From an uncultured virus (IMG/VR IMGVR_UViG_3300010233_000007) (taxonomy: Duplodnaviria > Heunggongvirae > Uroviricota > Caudoviricetes): a stretch of 64,000 nucleotides of DNA. Of this stretch, positions 17,884 through 28,088 are shown in pieces. The position numbers were made by a program, and so were the translations under genes. Under the pieces are notes generated by a model. That model did not search any database. It saw nothing but the letters and a program-made list of their open reading frames with translations, and was not told where the DNA came from. The stretch's first letter is position 1. Each line of letters begins with the position of its first letter. The stretch lies in the IMG/VR virus record IMGVR_UViG_3300010233_000007; one strand, 5' to 3'.

Positions 17884-17998
17884 TGGCCGAGGCGCGAGTC
17901 GAACGCGCACGAAGCCTAAGCTTCACGAGCTTTTAACTTGGTAGTCGATAAAAGATCGGACTATTCAGCTCGTGTGTCTGCCATTCCACCACTCGGCC
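17884..17998 (-). tRNA. tRNA-Leu(TAA) with a 30-nt insertion (17937-17966) in the anticodon loop
   Basis: complete Leu-type cloverleaf; removing the insert gives CGAGC-TTTAAAA-GCTCG. Confidence 0.8.
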
Positions 17999-18097
17999 AG
18001 AAATCACCCAACCACCTCGAAAATGGTTGGGTGAGCCCAGTCTTTTCCACGTTGTCTTCGCTTGCACCTCCCATCTGAAGATACAGAGTTATCTCCA

Positions 18098-18487
18098 CTA
18101 TGCAGACAGTTCTACCGGTGTGTAGACGTGCGCACCGAAATCGAATGCGCATTTCGTTGGCACATCATCAGGTAGATTGTCTTCACCGATGACTGAACAC
18201 AGAAACAGCAGTGTGCATCCGTCACTACCAATCAGGCCGAACTTTCGAAATTGACACTCTTGTCCATTGGCCTGTCTTTTGGCAGACATAGTGCTGGAAT
18301 CGAAGCAGTAGCATCTCCAGGCGATGATCGTTGTCGGCCACAGCAACCATAGAGCTGTCAGAAACGCTTCAACATATGTGTTTCTGACATACTCCTGATT
18401 GCCTGCCGGTTCTGGTGTTGGTACTGCGACGCAGGCGAAGCACTGTCCGTCTGGCGTATGGACGATTCCTTTTCTTCCACGAATCAT
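18098..18487 (-). CDS. hypothetical Cys-rich protein
   Basis: AGGAGGAG RBS. Confidence 0.7.
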   Translation of the reverse strand: MIRGRKGIVHTPDGQCFACVAVPTPEPAGNQEYVRNTYVEAFLTALWLLWPTTIIAWRCYCFDSSTMSAKRQANGQECQFRKFGLIGSDGCTLLFLCSVIGEDNLPDDVPTKCAFDFGAHVYTPVELSA

Positions 18488-18497
18488 GTGGCTCCTC

Positions 18498-20195
18498 CTA
18501 GATGATCAGGCCCATTTCTTGCAGCATAGCGATGGAGAAGATGGCTGCGGCCTCTTTTTGCCTGAGCATGGCGTAGAAAAACTTGCCCTGCCCCCAAGTA
18601 GAGCAGAAATCCAATTTTCGCCAGCCGTTTGAATCATCTTCTTCTGCCGGAAGTGCGTATTGCCATCCGCTGATCCATGTCTTGATCAGCAGCTCCGAGA
18701 CAGTGAGCAGCTCCGAGACAGCGAGATTCGCCAGTATGAGATTGTCGGTGTTTAGTATTTCAAACTGAAATACTATACATTCTTGCTGACTGTCTGGGTT
18801 GTCGTTCACGCACACCCGACAGACATGTGGCCCATTTACCAGTGTCAGCACTTGGTCCTCCTTTTCCTTGGGCCGAGTTTTCTCCTTCGGCAGTTCGACG
18901 AGCGCATTCCTTCTTGGTTCTTCCGTCTTGGCCTTTTGTCCGAAGCCGAGCTTGAGCGTGAAGAGCATATGCATAGCCGCAGCCTGAATGGACGCCCAAT
19001 ACACGGCGGGCACACCGGTAGAAAGCACGTAGAACTGACCGATGATGCTACGACCTTGAGCTGCCACGATTCGTGTGCCATCAGGGAAGTTGTAGTCTCC
19101 ACAATGGTCTTGTTGCGGAAACACGTATCCGGTGGCTATCGCTGCTGCTTCGGGCGTAGGAAAGTTGCCGTCGTATTTGTCGTCTTTACGGTAGCACCAA
19201 TCTGCCGAACAGTACCAGACCTGGTAACTGTTCGGTAGATTGTAGACTCCGCGATCATCCCGTTGCGGCAGCGGAAGCAGCACGGGATTGTTCGTTCCGT
19301 CGGGCACTGTTTCCTCCTTTTTGGCGGCTGTTGTGTTTTCTGTGGTGAATCCTTTCTTGAGTGTGTAGAGAAGAAAAGCAGCGGCTTCTCTGCGGTCGGC
19401 GAAATATCGAATTCTGTCGTCACCGTTGATTCGGTATGGTTCGCTGCCATTGCATACGAACCATGAACGATTATCGCACGACTTGCTGATCCGGTGACCA
19501 TCTGGAAATTTGTATTCCCCCGATATCGATATGTAAGGCGTAAACACGAATCCAGTGTATCGTGCCGCATCTTCTGCTGTTGCGAATGGTCCACATGTTT
19601 TTGTCTCGTTGAAGCTACCATTTTTACAGGAGCGCCAGCTTCTGTTCGGCAACTGATATACATTCCAGCCATTGGGCAAAACATAGCTGATGAACGAGCC
19701 TAGTGTACAATCATGCGGCAGCGGCGGAAACGGCAGGACTTCAGATTGCTCGCTTGTTGTCTGTGTGATGTCTGCTTTCCTCTCTTGTTTGTTGGCTTCT
19801 CGTACCACATTCAACGCTTGGGCAGCTTCGAGTGATGTGTCGTAATACCCGCCGCAGTTACCATGAGCCGATTCACAACGCCAACCACGAGCAGCGCGGG
19901 CAATGCGTGTTCCGTCTGGAAACACATAATAATCTATGTGTGACACTGTTGACATTAGCGGCAGCAGATGGCCCAAAGCGACAGCGGCTTCTTCTGGTGA
20001 CTTAAACTCCTGACTTCTTTGCTGATAGTCTGTGACATCGCCAGTCACCAGTAATTCATGCCCGTCTTTGTTGATAGCGTACCATTTTCCATACGCCATA
20101 ACTACGTTTGATCCGTCTGGAAATCGGTATTCAGTGGGCATTCCTCCAGGCGTTCTGGTGTGCGGCTCAGGCATTTTGTAGACGAACTCGGACAT
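18498..20195 (-). CDS. repeat-domain protein
   Basis: about six Y.(F/L)P(D/N)G...W...A.A modules; AAAGGA RBS. Confidence 0.8.
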   Translation of the reverse strand: MSEFVYKMPEPHTRTPGGMPTEYRFPDGSNVVMAYGKWYAINKDGHELLVTGDVTDYQQRSQEFKSPEEAAVALGHLLPLMSTVSHIDYYVFPDGTRIARAARGWRCESAHGNCGGYYDTSLEAAQALNVVREANKQERKADITQTTSEQSEVLPFPPLPHDCTLGSFISYVLPNGWNVYQLPNRSWRSCKNGSFNETKTCGPFATAEDAARYTGFVFTPYISISGEYKFPDGHRISKSCDNRSWFVCNGSEPYRINGDDRIRYFADRREAAAFLLYTLKKGFTTENTTAAKKEETVPDGTNNPVLLPLPQRDDRGVYNLPNSYQVWYCSADWCYRKDDKYDGNFPTPEAAAIATGYVFPQQDHCGDYNFPDGTRIVAAQGRSIIGQFYVLSTGVPAVYWASIQAAAMHMLFTLKLGFGQKAKTEEPRRNALVELPKEKTRPKEKEDQVLTLVNGPHVCRVCVNDNPDSQQECIVFQFEILNTDNLILANLAVSELLTVSELLIKTWISGWQYALPAEEDDSNGWRKLDFCSTWGQGKFFYAMLRQKEAAAIFSIAMLQEMGLII

Positions 20196-20255
20196 TTGGA
20201 ATTCCTTTCATGAGGTAAAAAGAATCGGACCATTACCCAAAAAGGTAAAGATCTT

Positions 20256-20294
20256 GTCTACATTATTATGACTGTATAACGGCGAATATTTAGC
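20256..20294 (-). promoter_or_regulatory. island promoter motif, copy 1
   Basis: GCTAAATA-N15-TCATAATAATGTAGAC. Confidence 0.75.
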
Positions 20295-20349
20295 AGTACG
20301 AATCATTTCTAATTTTGCAATTAAAACGATCAAATCGCTAACGGAGACT

Positions 20350-20658
20350 ATGATGACTACTCTCGCTGTTGCTTGTCCACATCAGGCCAAGCCCACTCTG
20401 CACTATGACGTTTCATTTACTGGAGAGGATCGCGCCGAAGCTAATGAGGCAATGCAGCTTCTGGCGGAATACTTCCAGCAAAAGAATCTTATGTTCTGCT
20501 ATTACAGAATTTGTTGCGAATATCCGGTATATGCTTTCTATTTGAATACTTTGGGTAGGCAAGAATTACGCAAGGCAATCAGGGATAATATATTTGAATC
20601 ATTGCATTTGCGGTTAGGACTCAAAGATAATCGTGCAGAATCATTTGATCAGCGCTAA
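20350..20658 (+). CDS. hypothetical protein
   Basis: GGAG RBS; lies between two islands. Confidence 0.65.
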   Translation: MMTTLAVACPHQAKPTLHYDVSFTGEDRAEANEAMQLLAEYFQQKNLMFCYYRICCEYPVYAFYLNTLGRQELRKAIRDNIFESLHLRLGLKDNRAESFDQR

Positions 20659-20664
20659 TAGCTA

Positions 20665-20704
20665 AATAAACAGTTAATCCGGAATTCCGGATTAACTGTT
20701 TATT
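20665..20704. terminator. perfect 40-bp palindrome at a convergent junction
   Basis: AATAAACAGTTAATCCGGAA|TTCCGGATTAACTGTTTATT. Confidence 0.75.
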
Positions 20705-20707
20705 GAC

Positions 20708-23353
20708 TCATTCCATATCACTGGCTGGAATCTGTGTCTTGGCGCGGCGAAATTCGGCCTTGGCGAAGAACACTATATCATCGAAAGTGTCACACGGTAT
20801 GATCTTGATTGCGCGAAGCAAATCGAAGATCACAGGGACTGTGAAGTTGTGTCCAGTCTGCACATCGTTGAAGTGTGTTTGTGCCAGGACGACGATGACG
20901 CTGTTGTCTGTGCTGAACATGAGATGAAGATCTCTTGTCGAACCCGCTTTGACGTATCCTTCGATGAAATGAAGCGCGTCGAGAGCTTTATATGGCTCGA
21001 TGTTGAAAGTGAACACGGTCAGATTAAGCCTACCCTGCGGCAGCTTCATACTGTGGTTGTTGATGACCGGCTTGAGCGGTTCGTACAGTGTTCCTACCTT
21101 TTCCTCCTGTTGTTGAACCATCTCTTCTTGTTGTCTGTTTCTCTGGTGTGTTGCTGCCGCCATCTGCTCAGCCATCGGATGAGTGGTCACGGTTTCGACC
21201 TCCTTTACTTTGGTTAGTGGTTGTTGCGTCTTGAGCTGCCCCTCGTCGGATTGCAGGTAGTTGAGAAGAGCGGCTTTGAGTGTGCGGTGACTAGCCGTGA
21301 ATCCTAATCCTTTCCGCTGGCCACTTACACACCAGCTTCCGCTATCTTCATACCATGTCAGATTGTTACGGAAAGGTTTTTCGTCCTCGCCGCACAGCCG
21401 AATGAAAGCGTCGATTGTGGCTTTCGCCTGGTTCATCGTCGGCAGTTCGCTGGTTGGTTGCGGCTGCTGTATCTTCTGCTGCATCTCATCGGATTGCAGG
21501 TAGTTGATAAGAGCGGTTTTGAGTGTAGGCTGGCTGGCTGTGAATGGTTTTCCATTTACGGTACCACTCACATACCACACTTGTTGGCTGTGCCGCGTCA
21601 ATCGACCGAAGAGCTGTGTGTCGTCACCGAACAAACGGCAGAAAGCATCGATGACTGCTTCCGCGTTGGCCTGTGTTGACATCTCCTGAAGAGCGTTGCG
21701 GTTCTGTGGCGTGTTTTCTTTCATTGAGTCGGGTTCATTCGAGAGGGCGGCTTGTAGGGCGTGGGCGTGATTGGCACTAACCCGTTTTGCCGCGTCGAGC
21801 GCAGAGGCATACTCTCTTTCTCTTGTGAGAAGGGTTTTTAGGGCGCGGGCGTGATTGGCGCTGATCTGGAATGCTGCTTCGATGACGTCGGAGTATGTCA
21901 GGGTGATTATAGCCGACGACGGCAGTCGCCCGTAGAAACCTTCCCCAGTAGCGTAGATCTTCACACCGTCCGAGAAGATGAACCCATTGAGATCGTCGCG
22001 TTGAGCGGTTAGTGGCGGCGATTGCACTTCTTTCTCCTTTCGTGGCGGCGTTGGCTTGATTGTGAATGGGAACTTGGCGTCGTACTCAGTCAGCACACGT
22101 CCGTGCTCCTCGCTGATGGAAGAGGCGGCGGAGATAGCACTACTGAATCGAGTTTTCTCATAGCCGTCGAAAAAATGCGGCCTCTGAATCGCGTATGCGA
22201 AGTCGCCGTTATCCCAGTAGTGAATCTGGTAGTGGTCTGAGAAGATGTAGCGTGGTCGTGCGTCTGTAGGGTTGATCTGGACGACGGTGAGCGGGGGCTT
22301 TGTTTCTTCCTTTCTGGGCGGTGTTGCGATTCTTTGCTCATCGACGTACCGCTTGAGTAGCTCGTCGAAGTTGTTGATGCCCAGAAGTTGCGCGGCTAGA
22401 ACTGCATTGGGTTGTTTTGCTTGCTCGCCGTTTCCTGGATCGATGCTCCATCCGTACTTGTCATAGGCATACCAGTTAGTATTGCCAGCATCTATCCGAT
22501 TCCAGCTTCTGATGCTTGTGGCATCTGAGAGGATGTACTGACAAGCCCCGTATTCATTTGTGTTGCTGCCTGTGATTCGTAGCGGTGGCTTCTCTTTCAC
22601 TGGGCCGGGCTTGGGGTTCTGTGCTTCTTCGTACTGTCTGAGTAGCTCGTCGAAGTTGTAGATATCGAGAAGAGTTGCGGCTGAGTGCGGTGTGTCGCGT
22701 ATACAGCCGTAATTCACATCCGTTCCATTGACGCTGTAGGCGTGCCAATTGGTATAACCATGCGCTCCTGCCAGGTGATTGTCACTCTGAATGTGCGAAC
22801 CATCAGAGAAGTCGAATCGGTAGTCGCCGAATCCATTGGTCCCGCGACATTTGATTGTGACAGTTTTCATGTTATCCTTTGCTGGTTCGGGTTTTGGTTT
22901 GTTGAATTTATCCAGAAGCTCCTGAAGATTGTTGATTTCCAACGCTTCTTTGGCAGCTGTGGTGTGGCTGGGGTATGCCTTGTCATCGATTGAAATATGA
23001 TCTGGCCCATTGGCATACCATATCGTCGTTCTAGCCGGCCTATATAAATTTGTCCCGTCTGAGAAAGCGATCCTGAACAGCAGGCCGTCACGAGTATCCG
23101 TCAATGCATCGACGATCTCCACTTCTCTCACATCGAGTAGATGAAGATTGACACGCCGGGCTGCATCGATTGCTATGTGCGGCGATTTGTGGTGCCTACT
23201 TCCATTTGTATGCGCGTACTCTGTCCGGCCCTGGTTCGGCCAGCTCAACCACCAGCCCCATTCATGGGCTGCTGGTGTTTGTCTGATGATGACACCGTTG
23301 GGCAGCTCGTATTGACCCATGCTGTTCAGGGGCGGAAGGACGTACCTTGACAT
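20708..23353 (-). CDS. 881-aa repeat-domain protein, related to 18498-20195
   Basis: repeated FSDG...W.A...AA..L.I.NF.ELL modules and duplicated AL.NYLQSDE module. Confidence 0.8.
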   Translation of the reverse strand: MSRYVLPPLNSMGQYELPNGVIIRQTPAAHEWGWWLSWPNQGRTEYAHTNGSRHHKSPHIAIDAARRVNLHLLDVREVEIVDALTDTRDGLLFRIAFSDGTNLYRPARTTIWYANGPDHISIDDKAYPSHTTAAKEALEINNLQELLDKFNKPKPEPAKDNMKTVTIKCRGTNGFGDYRFDFSDGSHIQSDNHLAGAHGYTNWHAYSVNGTDVNYGCIRDTPHSAATLLDIYNFDELLRQYEEAQNPKPGPVKEKPPLRITGSNTNEYGACQYILSDATSIRSWNRIDAGNTNWYAYDKYGWSIDPGNGEQAKQPNAVLAAQLLGINNFDELLKRYVDEQRIATPPRKEETKPPLTVVQINPTDARPRYIFSDHYQIHYWDNGDFAYAIQRPHFFDGYEKTRFSSAISAASSISEEHGRVLTEYDAKFPFTIKPTPPRKEKEVQSPPLTAQRDDLNGFIFSDGVKIYATGEGFYGRLPSSAIITLTYSDVIEAAFQISANHARALKTLLTREREYASALDAAKRVSANHAHALQAALSNEPDSMKENTPQNRNALQEMSTQANAEAVIDAFCRLFGDDTQLFGRLTRHSQQVWYVSGTVNGKPFTASQPTLKTALINYLQSDEMQQKIQQPQPTSELPTMNQAKATIDAFIRLCGEDEKPFRNNLTWYEDSGSWCVSGQRKGLGFTASHRTLKAALLNYLQSDEGQLKTQQPLTKVKEVETVTTHPMAEQMAAATHQRNRQQEEMVQQQEEKVGTLYEPLKPVINNHSMKLPQGRLNLTVFTFNIEPYKALDALHFIEGYVKAGSTRDLHLMFSTDNSVIVVLAQTHFNDVQTGHNFTVPVIFDLLRAIKIIPCDTFDDIVFFAKAEFRRAKTQIPASDME

Positions 23354-23409
23354 GTGAGATTCCTTTCGTGGGTAAGAAAATAGCCACCGAAAAGTCGGCA
23401 GCTAAAGAT

Positions 23410-23448
23410 GTCTACATAATAATGCCAGATTAATGGTGATTATTTAGG
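23410..23448 (-). promoter_or_regulatory. island promoter motif, copy 2
   Basis: CCTAAATA-N15-GCATTATTATGTAGAC. Confidence 0.75.
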
Positions 23449-23616
23449 TTCTAATTTTGAAATTAAAATCTGAAGATAACTCAGCAAATTTACGATAGAT
23501 CATGAACAATTTCTATTTCAAGTCTGTTCCTTGATTTGGGTTAGTGGTAGGCTGGGAACTTATCCACATTTACGGAACAAATCAAATATTGGGATTCTAT
23601 TTGGAGAACTCATTTT

Positions 23617-26600
23617 ATGAGTGATGAGAGCTTTTTCGCCAAAACTATTGCTGAACAAAAATATTGTCATGATAAAGCAGATGGGACGAAGGAGAGTTGG
23701 AGTCAGGTAGCGGAGAGAGTTGCTACGTGTGTTACTAAGCCTTATTTACCGGAGATTACTGAATATATAAGGGAGAGGATTGAACGTAAGGAAATGTTAC
23801 CGGGAGGAAGATGGTTAGCCAATTCAGGTAGAAAATATCCCCAAGTGAATAATTGCGCATTGTTTGATGTGGAGGACAGCCGACAAGATTGGGCAATGTT
23901 GATGAATAATATTGTAAATACGCTCACTACCGGAATGGGGATTGGTGTCGTATACAGTAAGTTAAGAGGTGAAGGTGCATATATTAGTGGCATGGGTGGA
24001 AAATCTTCTGGTCCGTTAAGTTTAATGCAAATGGTTAACGAATGTGGCAGACACATAATGGCCGGTGGAAGTAGAAGATGTCTTGAAGAAAATGCATTAG
24101 TTCATACTAAAATCGGATTAAAGAAAATCAAGGATATCGAAATAGGCCAACTGGTGTTAACTGGTGATGGTAGTTATCACAAAGTTTTAGCAAAACTCGA
24201 TCAAGGTATACAAAACACAGTAAAAATCAAAACTCAGCTTGGTGAATTTGTTTGTACGCCTAATCACAGAATGGCGGTGTTGGCGAATATATATGGTGAA
24301 TATTATTGGAAAGAAGCCAAAGATTTAATCAGTGCAGACAGACTTTTATTCGTAACCAAAACTATACCGGGGCATAAGACTAGATTACCAAAAGACGATA
24401 ATTCCGAATGCGAACACTGGCGAACTAAACAAATAACAATACCTGACCTAGATACAGAAATAGCTTGGTTTTTAGGTTTCTTACATGGCGACGGATGCGT
24501 GCATTATGAATTCAAAAATATTCCCAATAAGGCCAATCGAATCACCATAAATACGCATATTACTGAATATAGTGAATGTAAGAGATTGATAAAAGCCATT
24601 AAAAAATTCGGTATTAAAGCAAAAATAAAACAAGGACATGGTAATTGTTGGTCGGTTTCGGCAGATTCGTTATTACTAACCAAATATTTACTTAAATTTA
24701 AACAATCTAAAGTACCCATGACTATACCTATGTGTATTTTAGAGGGCACACCAGATATTCGTGCGGCTTATTTAGCTGGTGTTTTAGACTCTGATGGTTG
24801 CATTAGTAAGACCATTAGAGCTTGTTGCTCTATTTATAAATCTTATATTTTGCAAGTACAGAATCTATTGGCATCATTAGGAATAGCGTCACGATTAAAA
24901 TTAGACAGGCCAGCTTACGAAAATAGAAAAGATGCATTTAGATTAACTATTAGCGACGTAGGACAGATAGATAAATATATACAGACTATTGGGCCTTATT
25001 CGTGTAAACAATCAAGATTAAAAAAAGCGAAGATATTTCAATCACACCATACTTATTCAGCTCCGGCTAATATGTTGAATATTGATGATAAATGTTGGCA
25101 AAAAACAACATATAATCAAAAAGCTGTATACTATCGTAATGGAAATATACCAATAGACAGTATAAATAAAAGTCATGGGTTCCCAGCATTACTACCTATT
25201 ACAGTTGAAAATGTATCAGCGAATATAGCAATACAAACATACGACATAGAAGTTGCCGGTAGAAATGAATTCGTAGTGAGTGGATTATTGGTACACAATT
25301 CAGCAATATGGTCTGGTTTGCATCATGATCATCCAGATATAGATAAATACATTGATATTAAAAATTGGCCAATTGAAATAAAGAAGCTGAAAGCAAAAGA
25401 TTTCAATTTTCCGGCCACATTAGACATGACTAATATTTCAGTTATTTTAGACGACAACTTTTTCACAGCCTATAATGATACTGACCATCCAAAACATAAA
25501 AGAGCGCACGAAATATACTGGAAAACAGTAAGAAATATGATGATCGCCGGCGAGCCGGGTTTCTCGATAGATGTTGGAGAAAACGCAGGTGAGCACCTTA
25601 GAAACGCTCCTGTTGCCGGTGAAACTCGTGTATTAACAGATACCGGCTATCAGAAAGTTATAGACATTGTAGATAAGCCAGTAACCGTATGGACAGGTTG
25701 GAGTTGGGCAAAAGACGTTAGCTTTAAGCTAACCGGAGTAAAACAGCCAATAATTAAAATAAGTTTAAGTAATGGTAACTATATAAGATGTGAGCCTAAT
25801 CATGAATTTATAGCCGTAGATAGTGACAAAGATATACCAGCATGCGAATTAAATATTAGCACTAAGCTAATGGAAAAACTACCTGATAAAGCGTTTTTTA
25901 ATATCGTAAATATTACCGCCGTAGCTAAAGATGGTTATGATGATGTGTATTGCGCCGACGTCAAACAACCTGAGCATTCTTTTATGGCAGAAGGTGTAAT
26001 TGTAAAAAATTGCACCGAAATAGTATCAAGAGATAATGGCGACGTATGTAATCTTGCAAGTATAAATATAGCAAAAATAAATCATATAGATCAATTTGCT
26101 GAAGCGGTATGGAACACTATTGGCTTTATGTTGTGCGGTACAATTTATGGAAAATTGCCACTGGATATAATGCATACTATACGTGATAAAAATAGACGAC
26201 TTGGATTAGGTTTAATGGGATTACACGAGTGGTTATTAGTTCGTGGTTATAAATATGGCCCAAACCAAGAACTCGGACAATGGTTACAAATATATAAAGA
26301 CACCTCCGACAGTGCGGCTAAATACTGGGCCAATAAACTCGGTATTGTTATTCCTATTAAAAAACGAGCTTTGGCACCAAATGGCAGTATCGGAATTGTC
26401 GCCGACACGACAACATGTTTAGAACCAGTTTTCGCTGTGGCTATAAAACGTCGCTATATGAAAAATAAAAATTGGGTTTTTCAATACATTATTGACGGAG
26501 CGGCTGAAAGAATTATCGCACGCGGGGTAGATCCAGCATTAATTGAAGATGCATATACACTAGCTGAAGATATAGAACGACGAATTGCATTTCAAGCATG

Positions 26601-26898
26601 GATTCAGTCCAACTACGTAGACAACTCTATTTCTAGCACCCTAAATGTGCCGCGCTGGGGATCGTCTATTAACAACGAATCTACAGTAAAATCATTCGGA
26701 AATACTTTAATGAAATACCTTCCACAATTAAGAGGAATAACCACATACCCAGACGGCTCACGTGGCGGTCAGCCATTAACTAGGGTGTCATACCAAGAAG
26801 CCGTAAAACATCTCGGAAAGGAATATATTGAATCAGGGCACGGACAAGAAGAGCTTACTAATGATAGGGCATGTGTTAATGGCGTTTGTGGTATCTGA
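23617..26898 (+). CDS. nrdJ: class II (B12-dependent) ribonucleotide reductase with two inteins
   Basis: PGGR, NNC, GGSRR|SA, RNA|CTE, CNL, RRLGLG, AP.GS, C-terminal C..GVCG; no nrdB-like gene nearby. Confidence 0.85.
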   Translation: MSDESFFAKTIAEQKYCHDKADGTKESWSQVAERVATCVTKPYLPEITEYIRERIERKEMLPGGRWLANSGRKYPQVNNCALFDVEDSRQDWAMLMNNIVNTLTTGMGIGVVYSKLRGEGAYISGMGGKSSGPLSLMQMVNECGRHIMAGGSRRCLEENALVHTKIGLKKIKDIEIGQLVLTGDGSYHKVLAKLDQGIQNTVKIKTQLGEFVCTPNHRMAVLANIYGEYYWKEAKDLISADRLLFVTKTIPGHKTRLPKDDNSECEHWRTKQITIPDLDTEIAWFLGFLHGDGCVHYEFKNIPNKANRITINTHITEYSECKRLIKAIKKFGIKAKIKQGHGNCWSVSADSLLLTKYLLKFKQSKVPMTIPMCILEGTPDIRAAYLAGVLDSDGCISKTIRACCSIYKSYILQVQNLLASLGIASRLKLDRPAYENRKDAFRLTISDVGQIDKYIQTIGPYSCKQSRLKKAKIFQSHHTYSAPANMLNIDDKCWQKTTYNQKAVYYRNGNIPIDSINKSHGFPALLPITVENVSANIAIQTYDIEVAGRNEFVVSGLLVHNSAIWSGLHHDHPDIDKYIDIKNWPIEIKKLKAKDFNFPATLDMTNISVILDDNFFTAYNDTDHPKHKRAHEIYWKTVRNMMIAGEPGFSIDVGENAGEHLRNAPVAGETRVLTDTGYQKVIDIVDKPVTVWTGWSWAKDVSFKLTGVKQPIIKISLSNGNYIRCEPNHEFIAVDSDKDIPACELNISTKLMEKLPDKAFFNIVNITAVAKDGYDDVYCADVKQPEHSFMAEGVIVKNCTEIVSRDNGDVCNLASINIAKINHIDQFAEAVWNTIGFMLCGTIYGKLPLDIMHTIRDKNRRLGLGLMGLHEWLLVRGYKYGPNQELGQWLQIYKDTSDSAAKYWANKLGIVIPIKKRALAPNGSIGIVADTTTCLEPVFAVAIKRRYMKNKNWVFQYIIDGAAERIIARGVDPALIEDAYTLAEDIERRIAFQAWIQSNYVDNSISSTLNVPRWGSSINNESTVKSFGNTLMKYLPQLRGITTYPDGSRGGQPLTRVSYQEAVKHLGKEYIESGHGQEELTNDRACVNGVCGI
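24079..25299 (+). mobile_element. intein 1 (407 aa) with LAGLIDADG endonuclease
   Basis: CLEENALV...TPNH...LGFLHGDG...LAGVLDSDG...LVHN/S. Confidence 0.9.
25609..26010 (+). mobile_element. intein 2 (134 aa), class-3-like mini-intein
   Basis: starts PVAGETRV, block F VYC, ends VKN/C. Confidence 0.8.
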
Positions 26899-26973
26899 TC
26901 GTTTTCCTCATCTCCCCCTTCATCCCATAGCCCAGCCTTTTTAGTCTGGTCTATTTTTATAGGAATCCAACGT

Positions 26974-27123
26974 ATGTTCAATTTCCTAAAACGCCTTTGG
27001 TGCAGATTTTGGCATACCGATCATTGGACAATAACCAAACATACACAAAATAAACAAAGTGGAGTGTTTGAATGTGAAATCCTTTGCCAGAAATGCCAAC
27101 AAACACACCCTTATAATTTCTGA
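26974..27123 (+). CDS. 49-aa Cys/His peptide
   Basis: MFNFLKRLWCRFWH...CQKC; AGGA RBS. Confidence 0.55.
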   Translation: MFNFLKRLWCRFWHTDHWTITKHTQNKQSGVFECEILCQKCQQTHPYNF

Positions 27124-27134
27124 AAGGACTACCC

Positions 27135-27584
27135 GTGCCTGAGTCAAAGTTTGATTTACGCACACATTATGATCTTGATAAACTTGAAGACGCTATTTAT
27201 GACAAGAATCAATACGATTTAATAAAAGGCGTGCAAAACATATTAGTGACAGCATATAAAGCAGTGGGCCTTGATGGCTACAGTAAGATTTATACACATG
27301 AAAAAAAAGATAGCCTGCTATATCAGATAGGCAAAACAACTAAGATAAAAGAAGCCGATGAAGACAGAAATAAAGAATGCTCATTCGGCATTAATTTAGG
27401 CACGTTAGAATGGTGCAGTGATTGGATAGGTTGCAATACCAGGGATTATAAGATTCTAATTGCACAATTTAAAGTCAAGGATATTGCAGCCATACCATAT
27501 CGTGCAAATGGAAAACTTAGAGTATGGCGTTGTAAGATCATAGGCGAGCGCACAGATATTTATAAGGTAATATGTATAGACTAA
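27135..27584 (+). CDS. AYK...GIN.GT..WC...GKLR family protein, paralog 1
   Basis: motif shared with four other ORFs in the window. Confidence 0.8.
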   Translation: MPESKFDLRTHYDLDKLEDAIYDKNQYDLIKGVQNILVTAYKAVGLDGYSKIYTHEKKDSLLYQIGKTTKIKEADEDRNKECSFGINLGTLEWCSDWIGCNTRDYKILIAQFKVKDIAAIPYRANGKLRVWRCKIIGERTDIYKVICID

Positions 27585-27594
27585 CGAGGTCACA

Positions 27595-28079
27595 ATGTAC
27601 TTCTGCGACTTATTGCGTTGTTATGGTCACTGGCCTCAGAGAAGTAGAGATGCAAGACGTGTCACTAAATACGCTAAGCGGAAATTGCGTCACGGTATCA
27701 AGAAAAAAGAAGCCAAAGAAGTAGCCTCAATAATCCAAGAATATCTGATAGCCAGAAGGACAGTCAAATGGCTCGTACACTAACGACCGAAGAACGGAAC
27801 AACATAGCAAAAGAAACAGAGGAACATCTTAGAGGCAATGAGTGCAAGTGTTTCTTTTGTAATAATAGAGCTTACTACAGTAGCGCAAATGTAATAATCG
27901 GTTATCCGCCCGTTCCTATGTGCCCACAATGTTGCTTAGGTTATGGTGTTGCATTTTGTAGATGCTGCGGCGATATGTATAAAGTTGTTGATTCAAATGC
28001 TAGATATCCAGAACAATACTGTAACTGGATGTGCGAGGCCAACGAAGAAGAATGGGAAAGTATGAGGTCTGATAGCTAA
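27595..28079 (+). CDS. two small ORFs (27595-27783 basic; 27768-28079 Cys-rich)
   Basis: ORF track, RBS-like GAGG/AGGA. Confidence 0.6.
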
Positions 28080-28088
28080 AAGAAACAA

